Below the pieces are notes generated by a model, which saw only the letters and a program-made list of their open reading frames with translations, was not told where the DNA came from and did no database searches. Made by a program: the position numbers and the translations under genes. Shown piece by piece: positions 28,128-41,438 of a DNA stretch of 64,000 nucleotides. Source of the DNA: Octopus vulgaris (taxonomy: Eukaryota); assembly GCA_951406725.2 (NCBI GenBank), contig OX597820.1, positions 10,540,001-10,604,000 of the forward strand, in the 5' to 3' direction. The stretch's first letter is position 1. Every line of letters starts with the position of its first letter.

Positions 28128-28239
28128 GTATATGTCTATATATATATATGTCTATATATATATATATATATGACCTCGTGTGTACCGTTGGCGATTTTTT
28201 CCCACTGTCTTCCCTTCTCGGGATCTTTCCTTCTCCTAT

Positions 28240-28274
28240 GTTTCCGACGAAGATCTCCGCTCGAAACGTTAAGC
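28240..28274 (+). ncRNA. Minimal hammerhead-like motif (U4C core) in TA-flanked element 28172-28377
   Basis: gttt CCGACGA a gatc-tcc-gctc GAAAC GTT aagc. Confidence 0.55.
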
Positions 28275-28424
28275 CCTCCTTCTTCCCTTCTTTCCTGAGC
28301 GTCCAATAATACTATATTTGTTCCACGTCCTCGCGTTGTTGTGTTTTTTTTGTGCTTTCTTGTTTGGATAAACTTGATATATATATATATATATACACAC
28401 AGGTATGTATGTACATATTCTTTT

Positions 28425-28615
28425 ATTATTTTCTGCATCTATTTGTTTTGGTCATTTGACTGCAGCCATGCTGGAGCATCGTTTTGAATTACTTTAGTCC
28501 CCAAGACTTATCTGGTGTTTATTCTATCGGTCAATTTGCCGAACCGCTACTTCACGGGGTCGTAGACACACCAACATCTATTGTCAAGCCGTGATGGGAG
28601 CACAAACACAGGCAG
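28425..28615 (-). mobile_element. SINE family A, 3' half
   Basis: gtcatttgactgcagccatgctggagca. Confidence 0.7.
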
Positions 28616-28628
28616 GTGTCTGTGTGTA

Positions 28629-28696
<68 letters not shown>

Positions 28697-28851
28697 TGTA
28701 CTAAGAAATAAATTGTTTGTCATCTAAAAACTAACGTGACGAATGAGCAGTCTTCTAAGGGAAGCAACCAAGCTGTAAAATTGCCTAAAATACCATATAC
28801 GTTTAACCAACGGTAGGTTGGAGACATGGATGTAAGTGAATGAATGATTTT

Positions 28852-29000
28852 GTGGCTGTGTGGCATGAGGCTTTCTTCCCAGCCATATGGTTCTGGTTTC
28901 AGTCCCACTGTGTGGTAACTTGGGGAAGTGCTTGCTACTATAGGTCCCGTCGGCCAAGTCTTGTGAGTGGATTAGGTAGACAGAAGCAGAAAGAAGGCCC
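28852..29000 (+). mobile_element. SINE family A, 5' half
   Basis: gtggctgtgtggc..ttcagtcccactg. Confidence 0.65.
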
Positions 29001-29309
29001 TTGAAATCTGACATTGAACTGTTCCACAAAAAACTGTATATTACACGCTTTTACTAAATATCTTATTCTGAAACAGAACACTGTAAAAGACTCTTACTTT
29101 TTTTCTTATACACTGAAATCATTCACAAAAAATGAACATTGTATTCTAACCCAATTTTTCTCTTTTTTTTGTTTAAAAACAGAACTTTCACCTAACTAAA
29201 TACACTCTCCCTTACTTAAATTATTTTGTCAGCATTTTCTTCATTTCCTTTTTTTATATATCACAACTCGTGTTCCACATCCCCTTTTTAAAATATATAT
29301 ATATATACG

Positions 29310-29525
29310 TATATGTTTGTGTGTCTTTGTTCCCACCTAACCATCGTTTGACAACCGTTGTTGGTGTGTTTACTTCCTTGAATCCAAACGATTCAGCGAA
29401 AGAGACTGATAAAATAAGTACCAGGCTTACAGACAATAAGTCCTGAGGTTGATTTGTTCGACTAAAGGCGGTGCTGCAGCATGGCCGCAATGAAATGATT
29501 AAAACAAGTTAAAAAAAAAGAATCA
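29310..29525 (+). mobile_element. SINE family A, 3' half
   Basis: Matches 3920-4120. Confidence 0.8.
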
Positions 29526-29621
29526 AAGAATATATGTGTGTGTTTGTGTGCGTGTGTTGGTGTGTGTGTCTGTGTGTGTTTGTGTGCGTGTGTTGGTGTG
29601 TGTGTCTGTGTGTGTGTGTGT

Positions 29622-29876
29622 GGAGGCACCAAGGCCCAATAGTTAGGGCAGCGGACTCCCGGTCGTGGAATCGCGGTTTCGATTCCCAGACCGGGCATTG
29701 TGAGTGTTTATAGAGCGAAAGCATTTAATGCTCCAGGGAGTGGTGGCGAACCCTGATGTACCCTTTCACCACAACTTTCGGTCTTTCTTCCGGTATACCT
29801 GTGTCATGCTGAATCTCCCCGAGAATTACGTTAAGGGTACACGTGTCTGTGGAGTACTCAGCCACTTGCACGTTAT
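29622..29876 (+). mobile_element. SINE family B, internally deleted
   Basis: Matches the 16108 copy. Confidence 0.8.
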
Positions 29877-29881
29877 TCTAT

Positions 29882-30177
29882 CTAGTACTTATTCTATCGG
29901 TCCATCTTTGCTGAACCGCCAGGTTATGGAGACGCAAAAACACCAGCATCGTCGTCAAGACAGTTTGGGGGGGGGGGTCAAACACAAATAGGCACAGACA
30001 CACACACACACACACATATATAGTGAGGGAGACGGTCTTCTTTCAGTTACCGTCAGCCAAATCCATTCACGAGGCTGTATTAGAAGACACATGCCACCAA
30101 AGGTGCCACGCAGTGGGACCGAACCCAGAAGCATATTGGTTGGGAAGCAAGCTACTTACCACACACCCACTCCTGTG

Positions 30178-30179
<2 letters not shown>
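29882..30179 (-). mobile_element. SINE family A
   Basis: Ends cactcctgtgcc, the reverse complement of the head. Confidence 0.8.
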
Positions 30180-30237
<58 letters not shown>

Positions 30238-31079
30238 TGTATACATAGATACACATATAAGTCAGTTCAGAAGTAATTTAGTTTTATCTTTTGTTGATTT
30301 TTAATTATTTTTCCACTTTGAATTTAATTATTTTTTTCTAAGCTTTGATCATTTAGTTATTACAATTTATTGAACCTGGGTATCTTTCCATTATAGTTAC
30401 CTATCACAGTTCATCTCTATGTACTTACCGTAATATATACACACGAAAAAAAAATCGTTAGATCATTTTATATCAAAATATAACTCCCAGGAATAATTTT
30501 GTGGAAAATTCATCGATTATTTCCTTTTCCTTTTTTCTTTTAATTTGTTTTGTTCTTCCTTTTTTCTTTCCTTTTTTTCTCCCATCTTTTTAAATTTAGA
30601 AACAGTGAGCGTGAATCGTGTGAAATTGCCGTAGCTTTCGAACAGAATAAGGCAAACAATATTCGGAGCTATTGATTAAAGAAAGTTGAGAAATCATCTT
30701 TTGACAAGGCTTCGCCATTTCCAATATTCCAATCAATAAAGCAAATACAGATTGATTTTTTTCCCCTTTCTTACGTGTCCATATGTGGAATTTGAAAGTA
30801 AGATATTTGTAGGATAACATAAGATAAAAAAAGAACTTCCATTAAAGTCTATATTTTGATATTAAGCTATAGATTTGTCGTTAAGAAATTTATTTGAAAT
30901 AATTAATGGTGCTATTAGGTGCAGGAATGGCTGTGTGGTAAGTAGCTTGCTTACCAACCACATGGTTCCGTGTTCAGTCACACTGCAAGGCACCTTGGGT
31001 AAGTGTCTTCTACAATAACCCCAGGTCAATCAAAGCCTTGTGAGTAGATCTGGCAGACTGAAACTGAAAGAAGCCCGTC

Positions 31080-31151
<72 letters not shown>

Positions 31152-31155
<4 letters not shown>

Positions 31156-31811
31156 GTAAAAATTTTGAATTCGCCTTAAATGGTCCTTTTACATACTGAA
31201 CACTTGGTGAAATTGATTAATTAATTAATTTAACCCTCAATTGTTGATATTATAATTCATTTCTCTCGGTCATACTGCCTCGGTTCTCGCGGTTAAAATA
31301 TAATGTTTGCTAGATAGACCACGTGGGTGGAAGCGGATTGAAGAAATTTACGCCTGCGCATTTTGAATTTGTTGACACTGTTAGTCGGAGTGGTTCATCT
31401 GAAGCGATAAGTTCGCTGATATGTAAAGTTCCTTCTTTTTAGTGTTTCCAAATCCAAATTAAGAAATTTTGAGCTGACGATAGAAATGCTGATTTTATTT
31501 GGCTAATCTTGAAACGTTGACGTACTCAAACGATCTATGTACTTGTGATATTTTTCTGTATTTACCTCCAAACCTTCGTGGGCTGTCTGGAGTAAACATT
31601 ATCTGAGAGAAATTTTCTTTAAGTTGTAGAAATGCTAAGAAAAAAATTTTTTTGGCTGCTATTTCTACTAAGTTCAGTATGTGGCAAAGTAATTTATTTT
31701 ACTAAGCCCTAATTATATAATGTAAAATTTTGAATTCGCCTTAAATGGTCCTTTTACATACTGAACACTTGGTGAAATTGATTAATTAATTAATTTTACC
31801 CTCAATTGTTG

Positions 31812-31814
<3 letters not shown>
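31152..31814 (+). mobile_element. Terminally redundant HHR element (565-bp monomer plus about 97-bp direct repeat), Penelope pLTR/retrozyme-like
   Basis: aatgtaaaattttgaattcgcc...caattgttgatat at both ends, offset 565; TA tracts on both sides. Confidence 0.8.
31468..31530 (+). ncRNA. Type I hammerhead ribozyme
   Basis: tttgag CTGACGA t aga...tct t GAAAC gttgac GTA ctcaaa; 6-bp stem I. Confidence 0.75.
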
Positions 31815-31908
<94 letters not shown>

Positions 31909-33244
31909 GTTTGTCCCCGCCCAACATCGCTTGACGACTGATGCTGGTGTGTTTACCTCCCCGTAAACTAACGGTTCGGTAAAAGAGGCCGATAGACTTA
32001 GTACTAGGCTTACAAAGAATTAGTGCTGAGGTCGATTTGCTCGACTAAAGGCAGTGCTACAGCATGGCCGCAATCAAATGACTGAAACAAATCAAATGAA
32101 TAAAAGACTGAAAGAATATTAATACATCAATTAAGCTGTTTTTTTATCGCTGATTATTGAACTATAATTGCTGCATACGCGTTACGTAAGTTCTAAAACC
32201 CAACACAACCGAAAACGCTTTCGAACATAAAGAAAGTGTTATAATGTTTCTAATTACCGAACCTAATTTATAGACATGTTTTCATAGAAATAATTATTAT
32301 TGAATGTTATGTAAACATTTGTTGGTATGTTTTTTCGTGATATAACTTCATAACGAATAGGCAAGATCGTTACACATATAATGCTAAACTACAAATAACC
32401 GCAAGTTACGTTCCCATCTTCTTCATCTTTCTTCCTATTCACGTCATCACGACATCATCCTAATCAACTCATTTGCTAACATTGTCAACAAGCTAATAGC
32501 TCTGCTAGATACATTAATCCCGTCATTCTATATAATAGCTGTTACACTTGACTGTCGTAATAATCTCACAGAAAACTTCAAGTCAGAGCATCAACGTATC
32601 TCATTGCGTGCTATATGCCTCGGAAATTCGAATTCGAGACACGATTTTGGTCTTGTCATTTTAATTAAGGCCACTCACAAATATCTCTCAGTTTCCACTC
32701 ATGATGTCTTTTTCTCATATTCTGAAATGTAAAAGTGAAGACGAATCCCCGTTTTCCAACAGTGAAGCAGTGCTTAAATAACTTATCATACCATAATATT
32801 GTGTCCGTCAAAAGAGCTCTGAAACTGGAAATTAAAAATTAGTTGAATGTAAGAAACACTATATACATGAGTACACAAACAGTAAATTTTACTCCGAGAA
32901 TCATGGTCCCCCTCACACACACGCACCCACACCCTCATTAAAGGTATCTATCATGTAGAGCGGAGTTTTGCAAAAGTATTTATCGTTTACGTAATATTTT
33001 CCCATAAATTGTCTACGAATGCAGAGTATACGCTAGTGATGATGTCCAATGAGACAGGAATTTCCATACGATCCTTTCTGCCCCAGATATGACTGCCTTC
33101 GTCTGACTCCGGCATATGTATGTATGTATATATATATACACACACACACATATATTCGCCATTTTGGACCGCTGAAATCTACAAGATTTTTTTCATTCGC
33201 TCTCTCTCTGTCTGTCTCTCTCTCTCTTATTCTTCCACTTATTC

Positions 33245-33280
33245 GTTTCTGTTGAAGAGCTTAGGCTCGAATCGTAAAAG
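33245..33280 (+). ncRNA. Degenerate hammerhead-like motif, related to 28240
   Basis: gttt CTGTTGA a gagc-ttag-gctc GAATC GTA aaag; two core mismatches. Confidence 0.4.
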
Positions 33281-33362
33281 ATTATTTCATTTTTCACGAG
33301 CGTCAAACTACTACACTTGTTTGTTGTTCATACACGTGCTTTTGTTTTTCTGTAAATTTCAA

Positions 33363-33455
<93 letters not shown>

Positions 33456-33458
<3 letters not shown>

Positions 33459-33771
33459 AATTGCAGCGTGAAAGGTGCTTATAAGCCATTTAAGAAATAC
33501 ACAAAAACCGTTAGATTCACATCAACATTTAAATTTAATTTGCCAAAATATTTTCGTCGCTTTGAGACGTGTTGCATTTTGTCAGAGAACAGGTCACAGT
33601 CTCAAAGCGACGAAAATATTTTGGCAAATTAAATTTAAATGTTGAAGTGAATCTAACGGTTTTTGTGTATTTCTTAAATGGCTTATAAGCACCTTCCGAT
33701 CGTTTTCGTTCCAGCACACCATCTCAGATCAGGTCACTTGTTATGCAAGTATATCTCCGTAATTCCGAAAA
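33456..33771. mobile_element. TA-flanked fold-back element with 97-bp inverted arms
   Basis: 33472-33568 is the reverse complement of 33599-33695. Confidence 0.85.
33578..33628 (+). ncRNA. Variant hammerhead fold (G3-C8 core)
   Basis: tttgtca GAGAACA g gtcac-agtctcaaa-gcgac GAAA atattt tggcaaa. Confidence 0.5.
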
Positions 33772-33915
33772 CTATATATATATATATATATATATATTGC
33801 GTTTTTATAAACCATACGTTCATAAAATATATTATCTCCAGATGAATGCTGATGTGTATTTCATGACGTATCTACATTAAGTATGACACACAGATGGCAA
33901 TTTTAATCTAATATC

Positions 33916-34078
33916 GGTGCAGGAGTGCCTTTGTGGTAATTAGCTATCTTACCAACCACATGGTCCTGGTTTCAGTCCCACTTCGTGGTACCTTGGACAA
34001 GTGTCTTCTACTATAGCTTCGGACCGACCAAAGCCTTGTGAGTGGATTTGGCACACGGAAACTGAAAGAAGGTTGGCG

Positions 34079-34111
<33 letters not shown>

Positions 34112-34315
34112 AATTTATGTGTTTGTCCACCAACATCGCTTGACAACCGATGCTGGTGCGTTCACGTCCCAGTAACTTAACAGTTCGGCAAAAAACCGAT
34201 AGAATAAGTACTAGACTAACAAAGCATAAGTCCTGGAGTCGATTTGCTCGACTAAAGGCGGTGCACCAGCATGGCCGCAGTCAAATGACTGAAACAAATA
34301 AAAGAACAAAAGAAT
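33916..34315 (+). mobile_element. SINE family A, full length
   Basis: Matches the 3726 copy. Confidence 0.9.
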
Positions 34316-34445
34316 AACATAGCCCCTTTCGTACATAACAGGTAAATACATTTTTAGTTGTATTATTAATACTATTTCAAGATATTTATTTTGACAAATT
34401 GATCGGTAACTTATTTGCAAGGACGAATTGTATAGTGAGTAACTA

Positions 34446-34970
34446 TTGGGTTGTCCGGAAAGTTCGTGCCGATTTTTAAAGGAAAGAGAAAGGTCAATAA
34501 ATACTTGCCATTACATTTTTAATCAACCAAATGTGAAACATTTTGTTGCACAATGCGTCTCCATCTTTCCTTTAACTTCAAAATACCCTCTTCCCAGAAT
34601 TGAGGTGATTTCATGGCAAAGAATTAATCAAGGTATCTTTTTACGTCATCCAAGGAATTGAACTTTTTACCATTAAGACTATTCTGCAGAGACCTGAGGG
34701 TGGGGTAACACATCCCAGCCGAGCTGCAGCAATTTTTGTCTGGTTCCCAAAGCATTAAGTGCTGAAAATGAAATTTCTCATCTTCCATTTTATAGGGTTA
34801 CAGAATTCACACAGGTTATAGGAACATAAATTTTCTTCCACGAAAAGATAGCTTAAACTGTGCTCTAAATGGAGGTGTAGTCAAATCCTATTTTATGGAC
34901 TCAACCATGTGCTAAAATAAGTCGAAAGGTAAGCTACTATAAATCGGCACGAACTTTTCGGACAACCCAG
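34446..34970 (-). mobile_element. Internally deleted mariner (mellifera-like)
   Basis: TIRs ttgggttgtccggaaagttcgtgccgattt / aaatcggcacgaacttttcggacaacccag with TA TSD; minus strand gives MEDEKFHFQHLMLW, LLQLGWDVLPHP and SLQNSLNGKKFN. Confidence 0.88.
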
Positions 34971-35799
34971 TATTTGCATTCCTTACCACTACCATGGAAA
35001 GATGTTTTCTCTAGATTGTATTATCAGAATAATAACTAATCACAGAGATAAAATTCGTAGCAACCAAGTACAAAAGTATTTACTATCATGTTTGAAATTG
35101 CAGCATAATTATTCAAAGTCATATAAGCGAAATACACATAGAGAAATGCATATATATTTACGGATCCAATTACATGAATTTAATTATAAGCATAAACGAT
35201 ATTATATTTTTATCAAAATACATTATTGCTGAAACAAATTATATAATTAGTTTTCGAATAATTACATTTAATGAATATGAAAAACACTATGCAAATTTAT
35301 TTCGGAAACTATAAAAAATAATTTACGAAATTAATTATAATTTTTAATTTTTCATAACACATTCTTTTACCATTATGCAAATATACCAAGCAGTTTCATG
35401 AGAATTCTTTTTCTCTTTCTCTGTCTTTCTCTCTCTTTCTCCTTCTCTTTCTCTTTCCTCCTTTCTCTCTCCTACCACATATATGTGGGTATATGCATAT
35501 ATATATATATATATATATACATACATATGTGTGTGTATGTGTACATGTATAAATAAATATTCTATATATTTAGATATAAACTTATATATACATACCTGTA
35601 TATGCAATAACAGTGATATCGATATATATACATACCGTGATACTAATTAAATTTTCCCCTCAGCAGATTGTTTAATTACAACAAATATATTTCTTCTTTA
35701 ATCATTCCATAAATATTTACCGAATTCTGATTTTTCTTCCTTTTCGAGGTATAAATTTTATTAGTTTGTTCAGAGCACGTGGATGTGGAAGAATAGGAA

Positions 35800-36280
35800 G
35801 ACGGAGGGGGAGGAGGAGGAGAAGGAGGGGAGGGGAAGAGGAGAAAAGCAGAAAGGAGAGTAGATAAAAGTATAACGTAATAATTGTGAGAAAGCGGAGG
35901 AAGAGGAGGAGGGTGCAAGAGAAGAAGGTGGAGGAAGAAGAGGAAAAAGCAGAAAGGAGAGTAGAAAAAAGTAGAACTAGTTGTGAGAAAGAGGAGGAGG
36001 GAGCAAGAGAAGGAGGAGGAGGTGAGGAGTGGGAGGAGAGGAGGTGGAGGGTGTGAGAGAAGAAGAAGGTGGAGGAAGACGGTGCAAGAGAAGGAGGAGG
36101 AGGAAGGTGAAAGAGAAGAAGGCAGAGGATGAGGGTGCAAGAAAAGGGGGAGGAGGAGAAGGAGGAGAAGGAGGGTGCAAGTGAAGAAGGTATAGGATGA
36201 GGGTGCACGAGAAGGAGGAGGAGAAGAAGGAGGTGGAGGAGGAGAAGAAGAGAAGAAAATAATGATGACGATGATGATGG
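35800..36280. repeat. Purine-rich GGA/GAA low-complexity repeat with recurring ggtgcaagagaagg motif
   Basis: Read directly from the sequence. Confidence 0.85.
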
Positions 36281-36840
36281 CTGAAATCCTCATGAAGTGT
36301 AAATGTGATATCTCCAAGCAATGTAAATTTAGCGAGGTGTATTAATCCGCGAGGTGGCTCTGCGCTTTCTAGCTCTCAAGATTCAGGTGGTGAGTTTTCG
36401 TCTCTTCGTCGAAGTGATTTTACCTTCCATTCGGAGATCCATAAACTGGAGATCTATAACCTGATCATGTTGACGAAAAAACGGGGAAGCATTCTTTTGC
36501 TTGGCATTTTCTCAAAGGGAACTCTCAGTTGTTGAATGATGGGCCTTCTTCCGTCAGGTGAACTCCTCATCACTCATTACAACTCCATTCTGAGAACATG
36601 TTAGTTCACGCTCTACACTCTCCATGACCCACAAAGTTATCCATGGTAGTCAGTATTAAAACTTGAACAGGTAAATAGACTTACTACTGATCAAGAAACA
36701 CCATAAACATGCCGACCAAACGACTAAGCGCACCCAAAAAATCTGTAGCTCCTCTTATACCCTGTGTCCCCTTACATACTAAATCTACTGTAGGCTTCGA
36801 TATGATGAAAGCCTAGATACACTTGCAGCAAAGTAATCTG
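36262..36840 (-). mobile_element. Decayed RTE-like LINE 3' end
   Basis: Minus-strand fragments VYLG.., CGSW.., HVLRME; ends cagcc(atc)n. Confidence 0.5.
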
Positions 36841-36889
36841 AAGCAAAGGAAGCTGAGAGTTTTAATAACTGTAAGGAACCCTTTTAGCC

Positions 36890-37570
36890 TCCACTTGTTT
36901 TATACATTAGACTACGGCCATACTGGAGCTCCGTCTTGAAAAACTTTACTCGAACGAATCGACGCTGGTACTTATTCTATCGTCTCCTATTGCTGAACTG
37001 TTAAGTTTCGGAGACATAAACACTCCAACGTCGGTTGCCAAGTGGCGATGGTGGTGGTGGACAAAACTTAGACACAAACACAAACACTTATGCAAACACA
37101 CACCCATATACATGCAAACACACAGCTCTCTCTATCTCACACATACATACACACACAAACACACACAAACTCTCATACAGACATATACACGCAAACACAC
37201 AAACATACAAATGTATGCAGGCGACAGGCTTTCCATCTACGAAAACCACTCGCAAAGGCAGCGAGCTGGCGGAAACGTTAGCACGCCGGGCGAAATGCGT
37301 AGCCGTATTTCGTCTGCCGTTACGTTCTGAGTTCAAATTCCGCCGAGGTCGACTTTGCCTTTCATCCTTTCGGGGTCGATAAATTAAGTACCAGTTACGC
37401 ACTGGGGTTGATGTAATCGACTTAATCCGTTTGTCTGTACTTGTTTGTCTTCTCTATGTTTGGCCCCTTGTGGGTAGTAAAGAAATATAAAAGCACTCGC
37501 AAATCTATGGCCGAGGCTATAGTGCCACGCAGTGGAAGTGAAGTCGGAACCATGTGGTTCGGAAGCAAAC
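36890..37570 (-). mobile_element. Old SINE family A interrupted by SINE family C
   Basis: cactcgcaaa is duplicated on both sides of the insert. Confidence 0.7.
37255..37487 (+). mobile_element. SINE family C
   Basis: Matches the 6636 head plus one body unit. Confidence 0.92.
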
Positions 37571-38584
37571 ATTTTTGCCGAACAGTCACAGAAAGTAATA
37601 AATTGATGGCGTACATAAAGCCAGAATGAAGGAGACATTTTCATACGGATATATTCCTCAAACCTGGAGCATTTTACGATGTACTAATTATGTTATTTCA
37701 CGATACAGGAAACATAATAGTGGCTTGCAATAACTCTCCGGTCAGGATTGGTACTTTCCTGAATCGAACCACACATTAAAACATATAAAACACAGAACAT
37801 GAAATAGAGTTAAGTATGAGTAACAATGAATTTACCAGACAATTCTATTTCCTGTACACGCACAACTATGGATTTCGGTTCAATGGTTAAACCATCAGCG
37901 ACCTCTTACTAACATATGTACAAAACATAATACCGCTCAGAAAAATCTATCACTTCTTGTCACTATCCCATTTCTGCTGTGGAAGCAACACTTTAAATCT
38001 CAACTCTAGTCTGAAAGGCGCCGTCTATATTGGTACAGAATCAATTCTCTTCAAAAGTCACCTTTCTCATCTGATTATCAGCACACATAACGCTCATTTT
38101 ATCTGATTCGAAGTTTCCTTATCACAAAGTCGTTGACTACAATATTCAGTTTTCTATGCCTCCCAACGTCTTCCGTTAGAACAGCAGGTAGTCCAGCGAA
38201 AGAGCTTTTGACACAATTGTTTTTAGCGAATCCGGCTATCGGCCGAGTCCATCGTGGGTATTGCCTCGCTATTCACCTTCAACAAGGCATTCATGCAGTT
38301 TTCCTGCGTCTGCTGTCAATGACGATGGTGTGCTGAACGAGGATGAAAGCAATGAGGAATCACATTCGCTGGTCATCGAATTTTCAAATTCGACTTTGAA
38401 TGAAAATTGAAGGTGGATTGTCCAAATATGGGTGACTATGGAACAACAGTCAGGACGAATGGAGACACTTGAAATAGGCGACAGTAGACTGGAGAAAAAT
38501 GATACAGTTTTATATTTAAGAGATGAGGAATAATGTACATTATTTACATTAGAAATGAGAACCCAGTTTCGAAATTTCCCCAAG

Positions 38585-38628
38585 ACACCTGATGCAGGCT
38601 GGAAGGTATATCAGCCGAAACGTTGTGT
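38585..38628 (+). ncRNA. Minimal hammerhead-like motif (A9C mismatch)
   Basis: acac CTGATGC a ggctg-gaaggtatat-cagcc GAAAC GTT gtgt. Confidence 0.6.
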
Positions 38629-38807
38629 TAACAACAAACAAGATGAGGACAAATATCCGTCAAATGTAAATAATGTAAATAATGGAGAAGAATATTTGGA
38701 TGAGGGTTTGTGCTTTGGTGGTCAGAGTGACCCTGGACCTGTAGAGTTCCTTGACTAATTCTGTTTGGAGCGTTTCCTATATAAGGAGGACTGGATTATC
38801 CAAATCT

Positions 38808-39194
38808 TTTACTCTTTTATTTGTTTCAGTCATTTTACTGTGGCCATACTGGAGCACAACCTTTAGTCGAACTAATCGACTAGTACTTATTCTTTCGGTC
38901 GCTTTTGCCGAACCGCTAAGTTACGGGGACGTAAACACACCAGTATCGGTTGTCAAGCGATGTTGTGGGACAAACACAGACACACAAACATATATATACA
39001 CACACACATATATATTAAATATACATATATGCGACGGGCTTCTTTCATTTTCCGTCTACTAAATCCACTCACAAGGCTTTGGTCGGCCCGAGGCTACAGT
39101 AGAAGACACTTGCCCAAGATGCCACGCAGTGGGACTGAATCTGGAACCATGTGGTTGGTAAGCAAGCTACTTACCACGCAACCACTCCTACGCC
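38808..39194 (-). mobile_element. SINE family A
   Basis: Reverse complement of the 33916 copy. Confidence 0.9.
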
Positions 39195-40844
39195 TATAAG
39201 TGTTTATGTATTTTGTATATTGTGTATACGTTTAACCCCATCTCCTTTCTTCTCCTTTTCTTTGCCTTGTCTTTTCATGTAAGCCCCACACAAATTGTAA
39301 ACTAATCTTTGTGATATCTCCCTCACTAGACGCACGGCAGTTTCTGAGTTCAAATTCCACTGCAGCCAGGTCAGCTTTGTCATCTTTTCCGGCCTCATGA
39401 AATTAAATTGCAGCCAAGTACTGGAGTCAAGATAATCGACTTTCGCCTCTCCTCTAAAAGTTGGTGGATTTGTGTCTAAATTAGAAAGAGCTATCATTTT
39501 TATCGATGCTAGAATTGCAGTTCTTATTGTTGCTGTACCAGAATCGAATTCCTGGCATAACCAGACGAACTTTCATTCTGAGGAAATTTTGGTTGTTGGA
39601 GGAGGCGAATGTGCAGAGTGTGATAACGCGAATTGCGCTGATTTGTGAGTTATATTTTTAGTCCGTTTGTTCGTTGCAGAAATACAGTAATATCAGACAA
39701 GAGTAGCATATCTCGTTGTTGATTAAATTTATCATTTGCACAATGATGTGTATTTGCATAGACAAATGTATTACTTGTGATATGAGATATCTCAAGCCTG
39801 CATCTACTGACTTTCTCTGATCTCAAACGCGTTCAATGCTAAGAAGAGTGCAGGAGGAATTGCATCTTGCATTTGTGATGTTATCAATGGCCTCTTTAAA
39901 CCCTCATTCGTAATATCGATTTTGGTTTTTATTGTTTATTGTTTATAGCATTCCTGTTTTTGTTGCTATTCATGAAGCTTTCCAGTGTATCCTATTTACT
40001 AATATTCTTCGATCTTTGGGGAAGCAACATTTTCTCATTGGGTTGCTTTATACATTTTAATATTTTTACCTTCACCAGTTGTATGCATTAAAGTATGTTG
40101 GCTTTATTAGCACATAAAAATATTTTTAACCCTTTACTCTCTCAAATGTAAAGCTTATTTACGCACATTGTTTTTAATTAATCATGTAATTAATCTTGTA
40201 GCTTCAAGATTCGGTTGAAGTAATTATTTAATTAATTATTTTTAGAATGTCATTGTAGGGTGTGGGTGTTAGAGGCTGAACCTGGGTAGTCTGAACATAA
40301 AAACTGTAGGATATTTGGGCCAGATATGGTTAATTTAAACGCTAAAGAGTTAAACATATAGATGGCGCGGGAGGCACAGATGCAATACAAACAAACTTTA
40401 GAAGAATTCAAATAAGCTTGTGACATCTTCGACTTGTAAAGAGGCACCCTCGCAGTAGTAAGCTATGGAGAAATGTTAACGTGCTAAAAAAGAAACCAAA
40501 GTCAGTTCAGAGCTTTCCCTATAGATTGGTAGATGTATATCAAGCTTCGTTGTCTGCTGTAAATATATTACAATTACAACGAAACAATAATAATAAATTA
40601 CAACCAATGTAACTAAGTACATTTTTATAGAATTTACTGAATATTTTTAATCAGTACTAAGTCAGTTAACAGATAATGGAGCGATATTGCTTTCAGCACT
40701 TTAACTCCCAAGTTCAAATCTCACTGCGGTCAACTCAGCTTTTCATTCGACCGAGGCCAATAATTTGAAGCACCAGTCAGGTGGATAGTATCAGTTATTC
40801 ACCCATTCTCTCTATATTGCTGGTCCTGTGCCTAAATCAGAAAC

Positions 40845-40870
40845 CATCATCATTATCATTATTATTATTA

Positions 40871-40937
<67 letters not shown>

Positions 40938-40984
40938 CATCATCATCATCATTATCATTATTATTATTATCATTATTATTATTA

Positions 40985-41048
<64 letters not shown>

Positions 41049-41058
41049 CATTATTATT
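40845..41058. repeat. (TTA/TCA)n microsatellite
   Basis: Read directly from the sequence. Confidence 0.95.
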
Positions 41059-41065
41059 CAGGAAC

Positions 41066-41275
41066 CGAGCTGGCAGAATCGTTAGCACGCCGGGCGAAAT
41101 ACTTTGCGGTATTTCGTCAGCCTCTACGTTCTGAGTTCATATTCAGTCGAAGTCAACTTTGCCTTTCATCCTTTCGGGGGGGGGGGGATTAAATAAGCAC
41201 CAGTTACGCACTGAGGGTCGTTGTAACCGACTTAATACCCTCCCCCATCTGCCCTTGTGGCAAAAATTTGGAATC
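41066..41275 (+). mobile_element. SINE family C
   Basis: cgagctggcagaatcgttagcacgccggg. Confidence 0.8.
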
Positions 41276-41438
41276 GTTATTATTATCTTTCTTCATATCT
41301 TGCAGTTTCATTCCACACAGCTGGCAAAAATGAGAAAACCCGCGACAGACCACTCAAGGGTGGGCGGATATGTATTCCACAGAAACAGAGAAACCAGCCC
41401 TGTGAGTCTATATGACTCAGGAAGGAACTTTATAAGGT

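Larger units (their letters stand above)
30918..32115 (+). mobile_element. SINE family A split by an insertion in its internal (TA)n
   Basis: 5' half 30918-31080, 3' half 31905-32115. Confidence 0.9.

Noticed and set aside
35676-36321. S/P/L-rich ORFs
   Set aside because: Low-complexity purine tract
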